Below are positions 12,601 to 25,637 of a DNA stretch of 64,000 nt, one piece after another. The DNA is taken from contig CATNEN010000001.1 in assembly GCA_950097015.1 (NCBI GenBank), positions 11,718,001 through 11,782,000 of the forward strand, given 5' to 3'. Position numbers and translations under genes: made by a program. Below the pieces are notes generated by a model. That model was given only the letters and a program-made list of their open reading frames with translations. It had not been told where the DNA came from and did not search any database. The stretch comes from Macrostomum hystrix (Eukaryota; Animalia; Platyhelminthes). Position 1 is the first letter of the stretch. Each line of letters starts with the position of its first letter.

Positions 12601-15600
12601 CCTGCTTTAGCTGAGGTCGGCATCTGCGACACCAAGACCTAACAAAGATCGTATTATCGTCGCCTTCAATTGCAGTTTTATTAGGCCGAACTACCAGGGT
12701 GACGTAGCCGGATTCCGCGACGAAACGGCGAGTGTGCCCAGCTAGGGGCAGGTGACAGCGCAGGTGACCTGCCTGACGGTCCGGACTGCGAATGTGGGAC
12801 AGCTCGTCGCATCTGCCGGGGTGGGGGGTTGACAGGGTGCGATAGGCTGATGACAGTTTTAAGAAGCTAAACTGCATATTTCAGGGGCTGACAGAAATAC
12901 TTCAGGGTCAGGCTGACAAATACTTCAGGGAGCCTGACAGAACTACTTCAGGGAGGCTGACAGAAATACTTCAGGGAGCCAAACAGGACTACTTCAGGGT
13001 CAGGCTGACAGAAACACTTCAGGGTCAGGCTGACAGAAATACTTCAGGGTCAGGCTGACAGAAACACTTCAGGGTCAGGCTGACAGAAACACTTCAGGGT
13101 CAGGCTGACAGAAATACTTCAGGGTCAGGCTGACAGAAATACTTCAGGGTCAGGCTGACAAATACTTCAGGAAGGCTGACAGAAATACTTCAGGGTCAGG
13201 CTGACAAAAAATTCAGGGAGGCTGACAGAAATACTTCAGGGTCAGGCTGACAAATACTTCAGGGAGGCTGACAGAAATACTTCAGGGCCAGGCTGACAGA
13301 AACACTTCAGGGTCAGGCTGACAGAAACACTTCAGGGTCAGGCTGACAGAAACACTTCAGGGTAAGGCTGACAGAAACACTTCAGGGTGAGGCTGACAGA
13401 AATACTTCAGGGTCAGGCTGACAAAAACTTCAGGGAGGCTGACAGAAATACTTCAGGAAAGCTGACAGGAATACTTTAGAGAAGCTGTCTGAAATAATTA
13501 AACTTACTTGCGCTCCGGTTGAAAGCAGAATCGCTCGAGAAAATCCAATAGTCTAACGTCGCCACGGCCGTACATGTCAACCTGTACAAATAAAAGTGCA
13601 TGAGAGACTTATGAGTTATCAGAAACTGGATCGCAGATTCAAGAATTTGCCAACTCAGGGGTAGGATTCGCCATAAGAGAGGGTCATTCGCTACCAGAGA
13701 GGGTCATTCGCTACCAGAGAGGGTCATTCGCTACAAGAGAGGGTCATTCGCTACCAGAGAGGGTCATTCGCCACCAGAGAGGGTCATTTGCCACCAGAGA
13801 GGATCATTTGCCACCAGAGAGGATCATTTGCCACCAGAGAGGATCATTTGCCACCAGAGAGGGTCATTTGCCACCAGAGAGGGTCATTTGAACTCAAGAC
13901 TATCCGATCGTATGGCATAAGATTCAAATATCGAATACGACACTCACAGTCCAAAGCTGGGGATCTCGGCAGGGTCGAGGATAATTAGGCGCCCCTGGTG
14001 CGTAGGCGCACAATAGAAAGCCGAAACGTTGATGCAGCAACAGGCTGAACATGTCAATTGGCTGTTGCTGACTAGGCTTCAAGTTCTCCTTATTACTATT
14101 AGTAGTGTTATTAGTGTTAGCACTGCTGTTGCTAACTGACAAATCGGCTCTCCGATAAGCGACCAAAGCGTCGTCGAACCCTTCAGAATTGAAGGCTAAA
14201 CTAATCGGCTGGGCTTGAAACGAATGCAGCGCCAATTTAGTAGGGAAATCTCTCATCTTGCTAGTCACAGCGGATTCGTAGCGCTCAGATTCGGTCACGG
14301 CGAATCTGCCTAGAGCCGACGAGTCGGTTGGCGGCGATATTCTCCGACGCAGGTGGGGTGCCAGATGGCCGGACCGACCAGCCGGGGTCTCCAAGTGCGG
14401 CTCGGCCAAGCGAATGAACGGCGACGCCGACAGTAGGCTGGCGGCTAGTTGGCGACGAAACTCGTCGGACGACGATGAGACAGCGGCGTCAGCGACGGCA
14501 GCATTGGCGACTGGCTCGTCGACCGTGACAGCGTCATCGTCTGGCTGGATGGCGGCGGAGTCGGCAGCCTGCTGCAACGGATCTGACGAATCCATCACCG
14601 GCACGGAGAGATGCCGAAGTACTGACGGCGACGATGGTGACTGCTGCTGCTGCTGCTGATTTTGAGGGCGAAGTTGAATGTTATCGCCGGAATTTTCAGA
14701 GACTCCGACATTGCTGTTGTCGGCTGAAACTTGCTGACTGGGAACTGTTGAAGAAGCACGGACAGGACTAGGCAAGGTGCTGGAAGGTAAAGCATAATAA
14801 TTGGAGGAGGGCTGCGGGCAATGGCACATCATTTGGTGACACTAGACCTGCAGCCAGTTTGGAGGCAATTCTGCCCATTTCGCTGACTCCTGAGCACACA
14901 CACACAGGTGTGTACATCTGCCCTTATTTTTCGATCGTCAGGCAGTGTACACTCTCACTGTGAATTGCACGAAAAGTCCACAGGCCTTCTCTCCGCTTCT
15001 GCACCCCAAATGACCTTGGTACTTAAAGCAAACACACTAGACAGCTCTGGTACTCACCTTCCATCCGTATCAATCCCAGCAGCCTTCTTAATCTTCAACT
15101 GGTCGTCATCGTTGTCATCATCGTCCAGTAGCATCATCAGCAAGCCCTGTGGCGGCCTCAGTCTAAAGTCCAAAGCGTAGGCTAATTCTGTACGCATAGC
15201 ATAGCGACAATGCACGGCGGTTATAAGGGCAGATTTGACGCGTTTCAACTGAGCTAATCGTCTACCATGGAGCAGTACCGACTGGTATGCTGGACAACCG
15301 GCCGAGCTCAGAAACACGCACGATTTAGTTGCCATACCGGGACCAAGGCTGAGCTGTTTGACGGACATTGCGGCGCAGCAGCCTAGTTGAGAACGATTCA
15401 CCAGACGATCAACAGAGTCTAAGATTTCGGCGCCGCAAAGGCGTCCGACTCTGCGCAATACGGACTGTTTGACATTGGCGAACAGTGTCACGCCTAACTC
15501 GGATAGAAACTCCTGAGCTACTAGGGCCACCGTGCGTTCGACCATCACAATTTTCGGTTCAAATTCACCTATGCGATCAACGCATCTGCGCAGGTATTGA

Positions 15601-18600
15601 GTTTCCTGGAGGGATTGGAGGTAGGGGCAATTGTTAGTTAGCTAGATTTAATGTTATTTCACAAATCTCATTAAGTTACTTGTAATTATCGATCAGTATC
15701 GATCCATATAGATAATTATCGATCAGTATCGATCCGTATAGATAATTATCGATCAGTATCGAACTGTATAGATAATTATCGATCAGTATCGATCCGTATA
15801 GATAATTATCGATCAGTATCGAACTGTATAGATAATTATCGATCAGTATCGATCTGTATAGATAATTATCGATCAGTATCGATCCGTATAGATAATTATC
15901 GATCAGTATCGAACTGTATAGATAATTATCGATCAGTATCGATCCGTATAGATAATTATTGATCAGTATCGATCCGTATAGATAATTATCGATCAGTATA
16001 GATCTGTATAGATAATTATCGATCAGTATCGATCCGTATAGATAATTATCGATTAGTATCGATCTGTATAGATAATTATCGATCAGTATAGATCCATAGT
16101 GACCATTATCGATCGTTATCGATCAGAATCTATCATCATCCATTCTTTAGTCCCTGCATCGGTCATAATAAATTATTTTAACCCTGTTCATGTCTCAAAC
16201 AGTTATCCGGTAGTTCTAATTAGTGAAAAAACCCTTACAAATTTCCTGTGACCATCGGATCTTCATTAGTAATACCACTATCAAGTCTCACCTTTGTCGC
16301 TAGGCTGATGCGGTCAGCCGCTCCAAGCTACGTTGCTATGGGCCATCTAGCTTATATTTTTAGTCTCGATAGGTCTTCTTTAACAAGGCTGCCCAATTTT
16401 TAATAGTTTCAACTTGAACGGAAATGTTCTTTTTTTCTAACCAATAGAGGATTATGCAGACCAATGTTAGTTATCCTAGACACCAGGGTCTTCGACAAAA
16501 TCGCTGAATATCTCGACGATATTCGGCCATTCAGTTTGGGAGCTGTCGTGAAGTAAGGCAGTGGGTATTTGAAATTCTACAGCTTGCCACTTTCATGCAT
16601 CGAATGCAGCTAGTCATGCGAAAAATGAGGAAAAAAACGTTCACACGTGTCAAATAGCATATTGACGGCCCAGTATGGCCGAGTTAACCTAATTAACATA
16701 ATAATTGTGTTTTTATTACTCGCACATACTGGCACAGTAAGATTACACTTTTAATAATAATAATAATAATAATTGATTACACCTGCCCCAATGGGGCCAG
16801 ATGTGCAGCCGACAGCACAGCCGCAGCTAATGCGCGGCGCATCTGAAGGCTGCGTACGGCTGTTCAGTCCATGGACTGGGGGGACGCCACACCCACCTTC
16901 AATTATCCCAGCTAATGCTGGTACCCATTTAACAGCTGGGTGAACTGAAGCAATGCAGAGTTAAGTGTCTTGCTAAAGGACACAAATTGTTTAAGTGGAG
17001 TCGGGAATCGAACCCCCGACCTTCAAATCGTGAGTCCGACGCTCTAACCACTAGGCTACAACCTCTTCATAGAAAACTTCTAATAGAAAACAACATAATA
17101 ACGGAAACCATGTATCATCATTCACCTGCATCATCTGCGGCTCCAAGCATGTGAGTTTATTCTCGTTTCGCTCAAACTCCAGCGAGCAGGCCAGCAGTAG
17201 AACGGCAGCCCCGGGTCCACGCTCAGTTGGCATACCTTTGCGCAATACATTCTTGGAGAATACTAGGCCAGGAAATGCGAAACTGTCTGTTTTCCTTCCG
17301 CTGCTGGCTATTTTCACTCGCAAACTGTCCAGAGGACTTTGGCCACGCGGCAACTGCTGGGCCACCTGATCGGCCAGATCGCAGATCACATCCGACCAGC
17401 TTAGGGATACCTGCGGCAGGGCAGGTTAGACTAAATCATTCATTTTAGCTTTAGGGGTCTAAGGTTGAAACAATGTCCCTGAACTCGATTCCGCGGCGAG
17501 GCCATTTTTGGGCGGAGAGAAGGGCTTAAGCCTTAAGGGCCAATCTCCGAGGCACAGTGCAAAGGTACACTGCCAGACGATGGAAAAGACAGGGCAGATG
17601 TACACACCTGCACTAGTGGGTGCTCAGGAGTTAGTGGAATGGTCTGGTCAGAATTGCCTCCTCGCTGTCTGTAGGTCTAGTGTCACCAAATGATGTGCAA
17701 TTGCCCGTAACCTTATTGCAATTGTTACTATTATTATTTATTTAATTCTAGCGGTCCATGGACTGAAAAGCTAAAGTACACAGCCTCTGGAAGCTACGAT
17801 AGTTAAAATCTGAATTCTCACCTGCGACTTGCTAATCTCCTGTCGCACCAGATCACGCAGATGATCCTGGTAGGCCTGCTTCAAAGCGCCGGTCTGCACC
17901 TCAGGCGGCGGCTGCCTTTGATCTTCGTCGGCAGTCTTGACAATCTCCTTGATCTCCTTCTCCGGGTCATATTTGGCCGATTCGTCCACTAGATCAGCTT
18001 TAGGCGGTGAGTCGCTTATTTTTATATAGAACTCCACATCAGTAATTGTTGCATCGGGTGTCGGCGATGGTGCGGGCGACACAGCGGCGCTAATGGCGCC
18101 GGCAGCTGACGGAGTGGAAGGCTCTGCTATGTCGTTTAGCCACGAAGGACTCAGCAGAGTCGAGTTGCCGACTGCCTGGACTGGGCGATGTCCGCTGTGG
18201 AAGTGGAAAATGGATAGGATAATAAATCGGAGGGAATCTGCAAAAATGATTACTAGAATCTAATGAAATGATTACGGAAATCTGATGAAATAATTACTGG
18301 AATCTGCTGAAATTGTCTGCTGGAATCGGATGAAATGGTTACTGGAATCTGCTGAAATGATTACTTGAATCTGATGAAATGATTACTGGAATCGGATGAA
18401 ATGATTACTGGAATCTGATGAAATACGAGCAATTACTGAAATATGATGAAATGATTACTGAAATCTGATGAAATGATTACTGGAATCTGATGAAATACGA
18501 GTAATTACTGAAATATGATGAAATGATTACTGGAATCTGCTGAATTGATTACTGGAATCTGATGAAATGATTACTGGAATCTGATGAAATGATTACTGGA

Positions 18601-21600
18601 ATCTGATGAAATGATTACTAGAATGTAATGAAATGATTACGGAAATCTGATGAAATGATTACTGGAATCTGATGAAATGATTACTGGAATCTGATGAAAT
18701 GATTACTGGAATCTGATGAAATGATTACTAGAATGTAATGAAATGATTACGGAAATCGGATGAAATGATTACTGGAATCGGATGAAATGATTACTGGAAT
18801 CTGCTGAAATGATTACTGGAATCTGATGAAATAATTACTGAAATATGATGAAATGATTACTGGAATCTGATGAAATGATTACTGGAATCTGATGAAATGA
18901 TTACTAGAATGTAATGAAATGATTACGGAAATCGGATGAAATGATTACTGGAATCTGATGAAATGATTACTAGAATCTAATGAAATGATTACTGGAATCT
19001 AATGAAATGATTACTGGAATCTAATGAAATGATTACTGGAATCTAATGAAATGATTACTAGAATCTGACGAATTGATTACTGGAATCTGATAAAATGATT
19101 ACTGGAATCGGATGAAATGATTACTGGAATCTGCTGAAATGATTACTGGAATCTAATGAAATGATTTCTAGAATCTGCTGAATTGATTACTGGAATCTGA
19201 TGAAATGATTACTGGAATCTGATGAAATGATTACTGGAATCGGATGAAATGATTACTGGAATCTGCTGAAATGATTACTGGAATCTAATGAAATGATTTC
19301 TAGAATCTGCTGAATTGATTACTGGAATCTGATGAAATGATTACTGGAATCTGATGAAATGATTACTGGAATCTGATGAATTGATTACTGGAATCTGATG
19401 AAATGATTACTGAAATCTGATAAAATGATTACTGGAATCTGATGAAATGATTACTGGAATCTGATGAAATACGAGTAATTACTGAAATATGATGAAATGA
19501 TTACTGAAATCTGATGAAATGATTACTGGAATCTGATGAAATGATTACTGGAATCTGATGAAATGATTACTAGAATGTAATGAAATGATTACTGGAATCT
19601 GATGAAATGATTACTGGAATCTGACAAAAATAATAATCCGAATTAGACAAAAAGAACTTCATGTGACAGGATGAAAATTTAGAATCACACGGAAAATGCG
19701 TAAATATAATAGCTAAGCTACTTTATAAATACAAAAAGAATCTATCCATCCTCACCGCAGCACTCTATAGAGCATTGTGTCGCTGAATTCGATGCCGCCT
19801 CCTAGAGACACTAGACCCGTGCTAGAAGAAGCACTAACCAATGTCGAACCAGCAGCAGCAGCAGCAGAAGAGGAAGAGGAAAAACTAGCCGAAGCTGTCG
19901 ATGAAAGAGCTAGCCCAGTTGTTAAATTAACATTAGACGAGCCAACAACTGTAGAGGCCAGCGAGCTGGACATTGCCGGAGCGAAGCAGCGATGCTGCAG
20001 AAATACAGCCGCCCAGTTGAGCGCATTCTCATGCGAGTTGCAATGCCCTCCAGCCAGTAGCCAGTCTAGCAAATCGCGGCCAAAGAAATACACGCCGCCG
20101 TCTTTGCGACGCTGAAGAATAACGCCGTCCTTTGGCGAGACAACCGAGTTCCACACTGTCAGGATGAATTTAAGGCTGGGCGGCTGCTGGGGAAGCCGAG
20201 GGCCCTGGATGAAACAATGTTGATGCTTTCTTGTAAGTAGTATTGATAATAATAATTTTTTAATAACTGCAGCTGCGGGATTTTTTATTAGGGAATTAGG
20301 GTTAACGAATGGTTTGGGGATCTCAAGATTAACGGGTACACATCTTAAGATTAACGGGTGATCTCAAGATTAAACAGGTGATCTAAAGATTATCCGGTGA
20401 TCTAAAAAATATCGAGTGATCTCAAGATTAAACGGGTGAACTCAAGATTAAACGGGTGATCTCAAGATTATCGGGCGATCTCAACATTATCGGGTGATCT
20501 CAAGATTATCGGGTGATCTCAAGATTATCGGGTTATTTCAAGATCATCGGGTGATCTCAAGATTAACGGGTACACATCTTAAGATTAACGGGTGATCTCA
20601 AGATTAAACAGGTGATCTAAAGATTATCCGGTGATCTAAAAAATATCGAGTGATCTCAAGATTAAACGGGTGATCTCAAGATTAAACGGGTGATCTCAAG
20701 ATTATCGGGTGATCTCAAGATTATCGGGTTATTTCAAGATCATCGGGTGATCTCAAGATTAACGGGTACACATCTTAAGATTAACGGGTGATCTCAAGAT
20801 TATCGGGTGATCTCAAGATTATCGGGTTATTTCAAGATCATCGGGTGATCTCAAGATTAACGGGTACACATCTTAAGATTAACGGGTGATCTCAAGATTA
20901 AACAGGTGATCTAAAGATTATCCGGTGATCTAAAAAATATCGAGTGATCTCAAGATTAAACGGGTGAACTCAAGATTAAACGGGTGATCTCAAGATTATC
21001 GGGTGATCTCAAGATTATCGGGTGATCTCAAGATTATCGGGTTATTTCAAGATCATCGGGTGATCTCAAGATTAACGGGTAATCATAAGATTAACTTTAC
21101 AGATCTCAAGATTAACGGGTGATCTCAAGATTAGCGGGTAATCATAAGATTAACGGGTGCAGATCTCAAGATTAACGGGTGATCTCAAGATTAATGGGTG
21201 ATCTCAAGATTAACGAGTGATCTCAAGATTAACGGGTGATCATAAGATTAACGGGGGCAGATCTCAAGATTAACGGGTGATCTCAAGATTAAACAGGTGA
21301 TCTAAAGATTATCCGGTGATCTAAAAAATATCGAGTGATCTCAAGATTATACGGGTGACCTCAAGATTAAACGGGTGATCTCAAGATTAATAGGTGATCT
21401 CAAGATTAACGTGTGATCTCAAGATTAACGGGTGATCATAAGATTAACGGGTGCAGACCTCAAGATTAACGGGTGATCTCAAGATTAACGGGTGATCTCA
21501 AGATTAACGGGTAATCATAAGATTAACGGGTGCAGATCTCAAGATTAACGGGTGATCTCAAGATTAATGGGTGATCTCAAGATTAACGGGTGATCATAAG

Positions 21601-22927
21601 ATTAACGGGGCAGATCTCAAGATTAACGGGTAATCTCAAGATTATCGGGTAATCTCAAGATAATGGATGCAGATCTCGAGATTAACAGGTGATCTCAAGA
21701 TTATCGGGTAATCTCAAGACAATGGATGCAGATCTCGAGATTAACAGGTGATCTGAAGATTATCGGGTGATCTCAAGATCAACGGGTGCAGATCACAATA
21801 TTAACGGGTGCAGATCTCAAGATTAACGGGTGCAGATCACAAGATTAACGGTTGAACTCAATATTAACTGGGACGCCACACCCACCCTCAATTACCCCAG
21901 CTAATGCTGGCACCCGTATAACATCTGTGTTCACAGATCTATATTCACAGGGCTAAGTGAATGTGACTTGCTAAAGGACACAAATTGTTCTAGTAGAGTC
22001 GAGATTCGAACCCCCGACCTTCAAGCCGTGACCTCATGCTCTAAGCAACACGAGGCTAGAACTACCTAGTTGAACAGCTGAAAGCTGAAAGCTTACCTGA
22101 AAATCAAGTCCAGTCGCCATGGAGGACACAGAAGCAGCAACAGCAGCAGCCGATGAAGAAGAAATGGTTGCTAAGCCATTTGACCCAATAGAAGAAACAG
22201 CCATTGCGGAACCAACAGACGAAGGTAGAGGTGACGCAGCAGGCAGGAGTGTCGGCATAGACGATGACACGGAAGGCGACATGCAAGCCATCGATGATGC
22301 AGCAACAGCAGCAGCGGCGGCCAATGATCCGCCAGTGATAGTTGACAGAGAGTTATTTGAGCTAGAAGCAGATATTCCAGACATTACAGAGGCTTGACCA
22401 GAGGATAATTGTTGACCGTGCTGCTGAACTGGATCCAGCGACTGTTGCTGCTGCTGCTGCAGAACAGTATCCTCACCGTTGATATTCCTGGCGCAGTAAG
22501 CGCAAGCTCGCTGCATACCGCCAGCCAAGCCGATGGCCCTACCATCAATGAGATGACTGCTGCACTTGTCGCAGAAGATCCTGCCGCAGACGCGGCAATG
22601 ATGTCGGCGAAGGAACAGGCTGAAACGTTGGTTGCACTCGTAGCACTGATTACAATGCTCGTCAGGCATCCAGTGCTTCTGGGTGTACAGGAAGCTCTGC
22701 TGCTGTTGACTATCTAGAACCTGGCTATTGGCATTGTCTAACGATTCTTTTGAAGCACTCGCAGATGGTGTCTGCTGACGAAATAGTCTTTGAAAGCCTT
22801 CAACGAAACGACGACCACGCGACGTCTGGTCTGAAACTAACTCCTGCTGCTGCTGCTGCTGCTGCTGTTGATTGTCGACTGAATCGAGTCGGTCAACCCA
22901 ATCGAAGCTTGTGTACTCATTTGACAT
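6920..22927 (-). CDS. PIKFYVE: 1-phosphatidylinositol-3-phosphate 5-kinase PIKfyve/Fab1; 12 exons: 22927-22097, 20204-19756, 18194-17822, 17410-17126, 15605-15058, 14779-13948, 13581-13508, 12812-12296, 11821-11267, 10886-10590, 8726-8146, 7325-6920
   Basis: FYVE domain (WMPD...CYEC...RRHHCRVCGRIFCDKC), DEP-like domain (FFGRDLLDWLL), CCT/TCP1-like domain (GLVFSKNV...LLLACSLEF), CCR region, and PIP-kinase domain (GGKSRASFYKT, DLKGSERNR, MDYSLIVG, GIVDYIRDFTLDK). All junctions are GT-AG with consistent phase. Confidence 0.95.
7510..8120. repeat. 30-nt intronic minisatellite containing TAG|GTGAGA on the gene's sense strand
   Basis: Unit aatcaaaatctcacctacagatagataatc; last intron of PIKfyve. 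Confidence 0.92.
8795..10385. repeat. 21-nt intronic minisatellite (CCAACTGAATGACTGAATTAA) with shorter variants
   Basis: Fills PIKfyve intron 10; source of the spurious NSVIQLV ORFs. Confidence 0.92.
10912..11010. repeat. Short 28-nt tandem repeat
   Basis: gtactttcagtacacacaagtacacagt x ~3.5 next to the acceptor of PIKfyve intron 9. Confidence 0.8.
11930..12232. repeat. 42-nt intronic minisatellite with internal hairpin
   Basis: Unit contains the inverted pair acaggta...tacctgt; ~7 copies; PIKfyve intron 8. Confidence 0.88.
12885..13490. repeat. 25-nt intronic minisatellite (CAGGGTCAGGCTGACAGAAATACTT)
   Basis: PIKfyve intron 7. Confidence 0.9.
13675..13890. repeat. 20-nt intronic minisatellite (GGGTCATTCGCTACCAGAGA)
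   Basis: ~10 copies; PIKfyve intron 6. Confidence 0.9.
14810..15030 (-). mobile_element. SINE family B, 3' part
   Basis: Reverse complement matches gggcagatgtacacacctg...gctcaggag...gcgaaatgggcagaattgcctcc...tagtgtcaccaaatgatgtgcc, seen at 17455, 42205 and 52205. Confidence 0.75.
15685..16130. repeat. 30-nt ATCGAT-rich intronic minisatellite
   Basis: gataattatcgatcagtatcgatccgtata x ~14; PIKfyve intron 4. Confidence 0.92.
16753..17065 (-). mobile_element. SINE family A, full-length copy (~310 nt)
   Basis: tRNA-like head (TAGCCTAGTGG...GGTTCGATTCC), central domain, CCCCATTGGGG hairpin and (ATT)n tail. Confidence 0.88.
17455..17740 (+). mobile_element. SINE family B copy
   Basis: B-box-like ctcgattccgcggcgaggcc, shared body and ATT-rich tail; in PIKfyve intron 3. 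Confidence 0.75.
18245..19625. repeat. 22-nt intronic minisatellite (GATGAAATGATTACTGGAATCT)
   Basis: ~60 copies fill PIKfyve intron 2. Confidence 0.93.
20320..21865. repeat. ~19-nt intronic minisatellite (GATCTCAAGATTAACGGGT) with higher-order blocks
   Basis: PIKfyve intron 1; the variant block (gtacacatcttaag...tctaaaaaatatcgag) recurs. Confidence 0.92.
21870..22050 (-). mobile_element. SINE family A, degraded copy
   Basis: ggacgccacacccacc...ttgctaaaggacacaaattgttc...gattcgaacccccgacc. Confidence 0.7.
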
Positions 22928-23410
22928 GAGTAACGTCTAATGCTGAATGCTGTGATACAAAAAAACAATGACAGAATTCAAAATTCTCACAAAAAACTAA
23001 CAAGTAGTGACATTAAACAGAGACAATATGAACTACAAATAGATGTTCAACTAATATTTTATTATACACACAGCAATAAAAAATATGCAACTACTAAACT
23101 AGCAATAGTACCTAAAAAAACTTGCACTATGTTTCTCAAATTTAATACTTGGCCTAGTATTGACTATATTGTTGAAGACATTGTATGCTTGTATTTGCTA
23201 GATTTCATTTCCTAGTGCTGAAAATCACTTTCTATCACTAGAAAAAAATTATGAATACATCTAAAAACTACTCTAAACAAGTTTATGTTACAAATTTTAT
23301 CTTCGTTTTTTAAAATAAACAAATCAAAAAAATAAAACAATTTTGTTTCTTTTCTATCACACACTACTAAACTTCAATAAGGTTTGACTTAATTCTTACA
23401 CCTGAAAGCA

Positions 23411-23753
23411 TACATGCGCAACACCCACAGATACTAAAATAACTATATTATAGTATCTGTGGCAACACCCGGCCGACCCGGCCAAACTGGCCAGGTGAAA
23501 CGAGGGCCAAGCAAGGTAAGTCGCAAAAACCAATCGACCAAGCGCAAAAAATCAAGGGGGGGGACCAAGGGACAAAAAAAGGAAGGCGTGAAGAAAAGGA
23601 AAAAGGGGATAGAAAAAGAGAGCAAATAAGAGCAAACTAAGTTGTAAATTAATCAATGAAACGAACTAAGTCACAAATGAGAGCAAACTAAGTCATAAAT
23701 AGAGCAAAAACTAAGTCGCACAGCCGGCTAAGATTTGGGAGGTTGCACATGTA
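23411..23753. mobile_element. MITE-like element, copy 1 (termini TACATGCGCAAC...GTTGCACATGTA), with a nested 36-bp insertion
   Basis: Terminal inverted repeats; body is the reverse complement of 24404-24680. Confidence 0.8.
23426..23461. mobile_element. 36-bp TIR micro-element with 8-bp target-site duplication
   Basis: GCAACACC-[CACAGATACTA...TAGTATCTGTG]-GCAACACC; the sister copy at 24404-24680 shows the empty site. Confidence 0.8.
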
Positions 23754-24403
23754 TGCCTGAAAGTGTAGCGAGATAAATTACTATTTTGGCAATATCAGCA
23801 TTGGATATTTTTACCTACCTATTAGCATTGCAAATCTAAATTAAATGTGTATTTAATGCTGTGAAAAGTATTTAATGTGTATTTAGTGGGTTGTACACTG
23901 TTTTTCTTTCCTTTTTATTATATTTTATATAAATTGTTAAAGAAAACCATTATACCCTATTGAACCTCTGTTGTCATAAAAAAAAACAAAAAAACCTCAA
24001 CCTGTGACAAAGTATGACTAAGCTTAGACACATTTGAGCAAGACAAAATATATGAAACCAAATTATTATTTTAAGAGCTTCTTCCTTGGCTATAGGCAGG
24101 ACAAAGACAATAACATTTATCTTGGAATTTTCTAGCATACACAGTACCTTTGGCATACAAAGTGGTATACATACATATGGTATGCACAAAAATGTCAGTG
24201 TATTGTAGTATCAGCGTACAATTTCTATGTGTGCCTGTTCTTGTGCCTTAGCATAGTATGTGTCCACATATATATCAATACAATATGCATGTGTATGTTT
24301 TTGTAGGTTTAGCATTATATGGGCATGTCCTTGTGGGTGACTCCTGTGTGACTATTCAGTATCTGTGTTACATTACAAAATTTGAAAGACATGCTTCTAC
24401 TCA

Positions 24404-24680
24404 TACATGCGCAACCTCCCAAATCTTAGCCGGCCGTGCGACTTAGTTTTTGCTCTCATTTGCGACTTAGTTCATTTCATTGCTCTATTTACGACTTAGT
24501 TTGCTCTCATTTGCTCTCTTTTTCTCTCCCCTTTTTCCTTTTCTTCACGCCTTCCTTTTTTGTCCCTTGGTCCCCCCTTTGATTTTTTTGCGCTTGGTCA
24601 ATTGGTTTTTGCGACTTACCTTGCTTGGCCCTCGTTTCACCCGGCCGGTTCGGCCGGGTCGGCCGGGTGTTGCGCATGTA
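24404..24680. mobile_element. MITE-like element, copy 2 (opposite orientation)
   Basis: Perfect TIR TACATGCGCAAC / GTTGCGCATGTA; internal GACTTAGTT sub-repeats; non-coding. Confidence 0.82.
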
Positions 24681-24984
24681 TACTTCTACTTAACAACAAT
24701 TTACTGATAACAACATAGTAAATTGTCAAAGCAATTTCACTTTTTATTGCTAATTGTAAAACAGAAGAGCAGTTGTAGAAATTTTTATAAACTATTGATT
24801 TAAGACTGTACTATCAATATTGTATGTATATGTTCATACTACACTAGTACTACTACTACTAAATGCAAACAAGATAATTCTTGAGCACATTTATTAGGCT
24901 TTTTTACTTGGAGTACTTATAATTTATTTTAGCATACACTTTTTATACAAAATGTTTTAAAGCTATCAGCACTTGCCACAGTTG

Positions 24985-25622
24985 ACAGTCATTATGTCTG
25001 CCTCCTTTTTGTCTGCTAATATACAATATAGTTGTTATGTCTATATTGTATATAGACATACGAAAATATATGATATAATCCCATTTATCTGCTAACACAG
25101 GCATTAGTCAGAATAACTATGTCATCAAGCTTTGTATTGAAATGTTATATAATGGTCTTATAATTTATAACTTGTAAAAATGCTAGGAATTTTCTGAAAG
25201 TTTCAGAGCTAATAAGCAGCCTATAAATATACAAACAAAGCCCAAACCAAACATTTCCATTTCTAAACATTGCCAATGGTTATATGTTTTACTGAATGGC
25301 ATGCTGCCTAGCTGTAACAACATGGCGAACAACACTTGATCATCCATAAAAGCTATAGCTTAAGCAATGAAGACTAAAATATTCTTCTTAAAAGACTTTT
25401 TCAAAATCATGATAATATTTCTATGAATCATGCTATTAAACAAAATTGAATGTTTATTAAAATTATAAAAACATTTATCATCATTAATATACTTTCTGTA
25501 ATATAAGAAATGTTTTAGAATATTTTGTTATAACAGTTCTCATTCTTTTTCAAAATAGTCATTTTGTCTGCCCCCTTTTTGTCTGCTGGCAGACAAAGGG
25601 GCCGGACAAAATGACTGCACAC
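24985..25622. mobile_element. Possible degraded TIR element
   Basis: cagtcattatgtctgcctcctttttgtctgc at the left end and inverted gcagacaaaggggccggacaaaatgactg at the right end; no clear TSD. Confidence 0.4.
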
Positions 25623-25637
25623 CTTTGCTACTTCCTA

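Noticed and set aside
16995-17065. Functional tRNA genes (also near 400, 930, 28145 and 32175)
   Set aside because: These are SINE heads attached to a common body and tail, without a proper acceptor stem or terminator.
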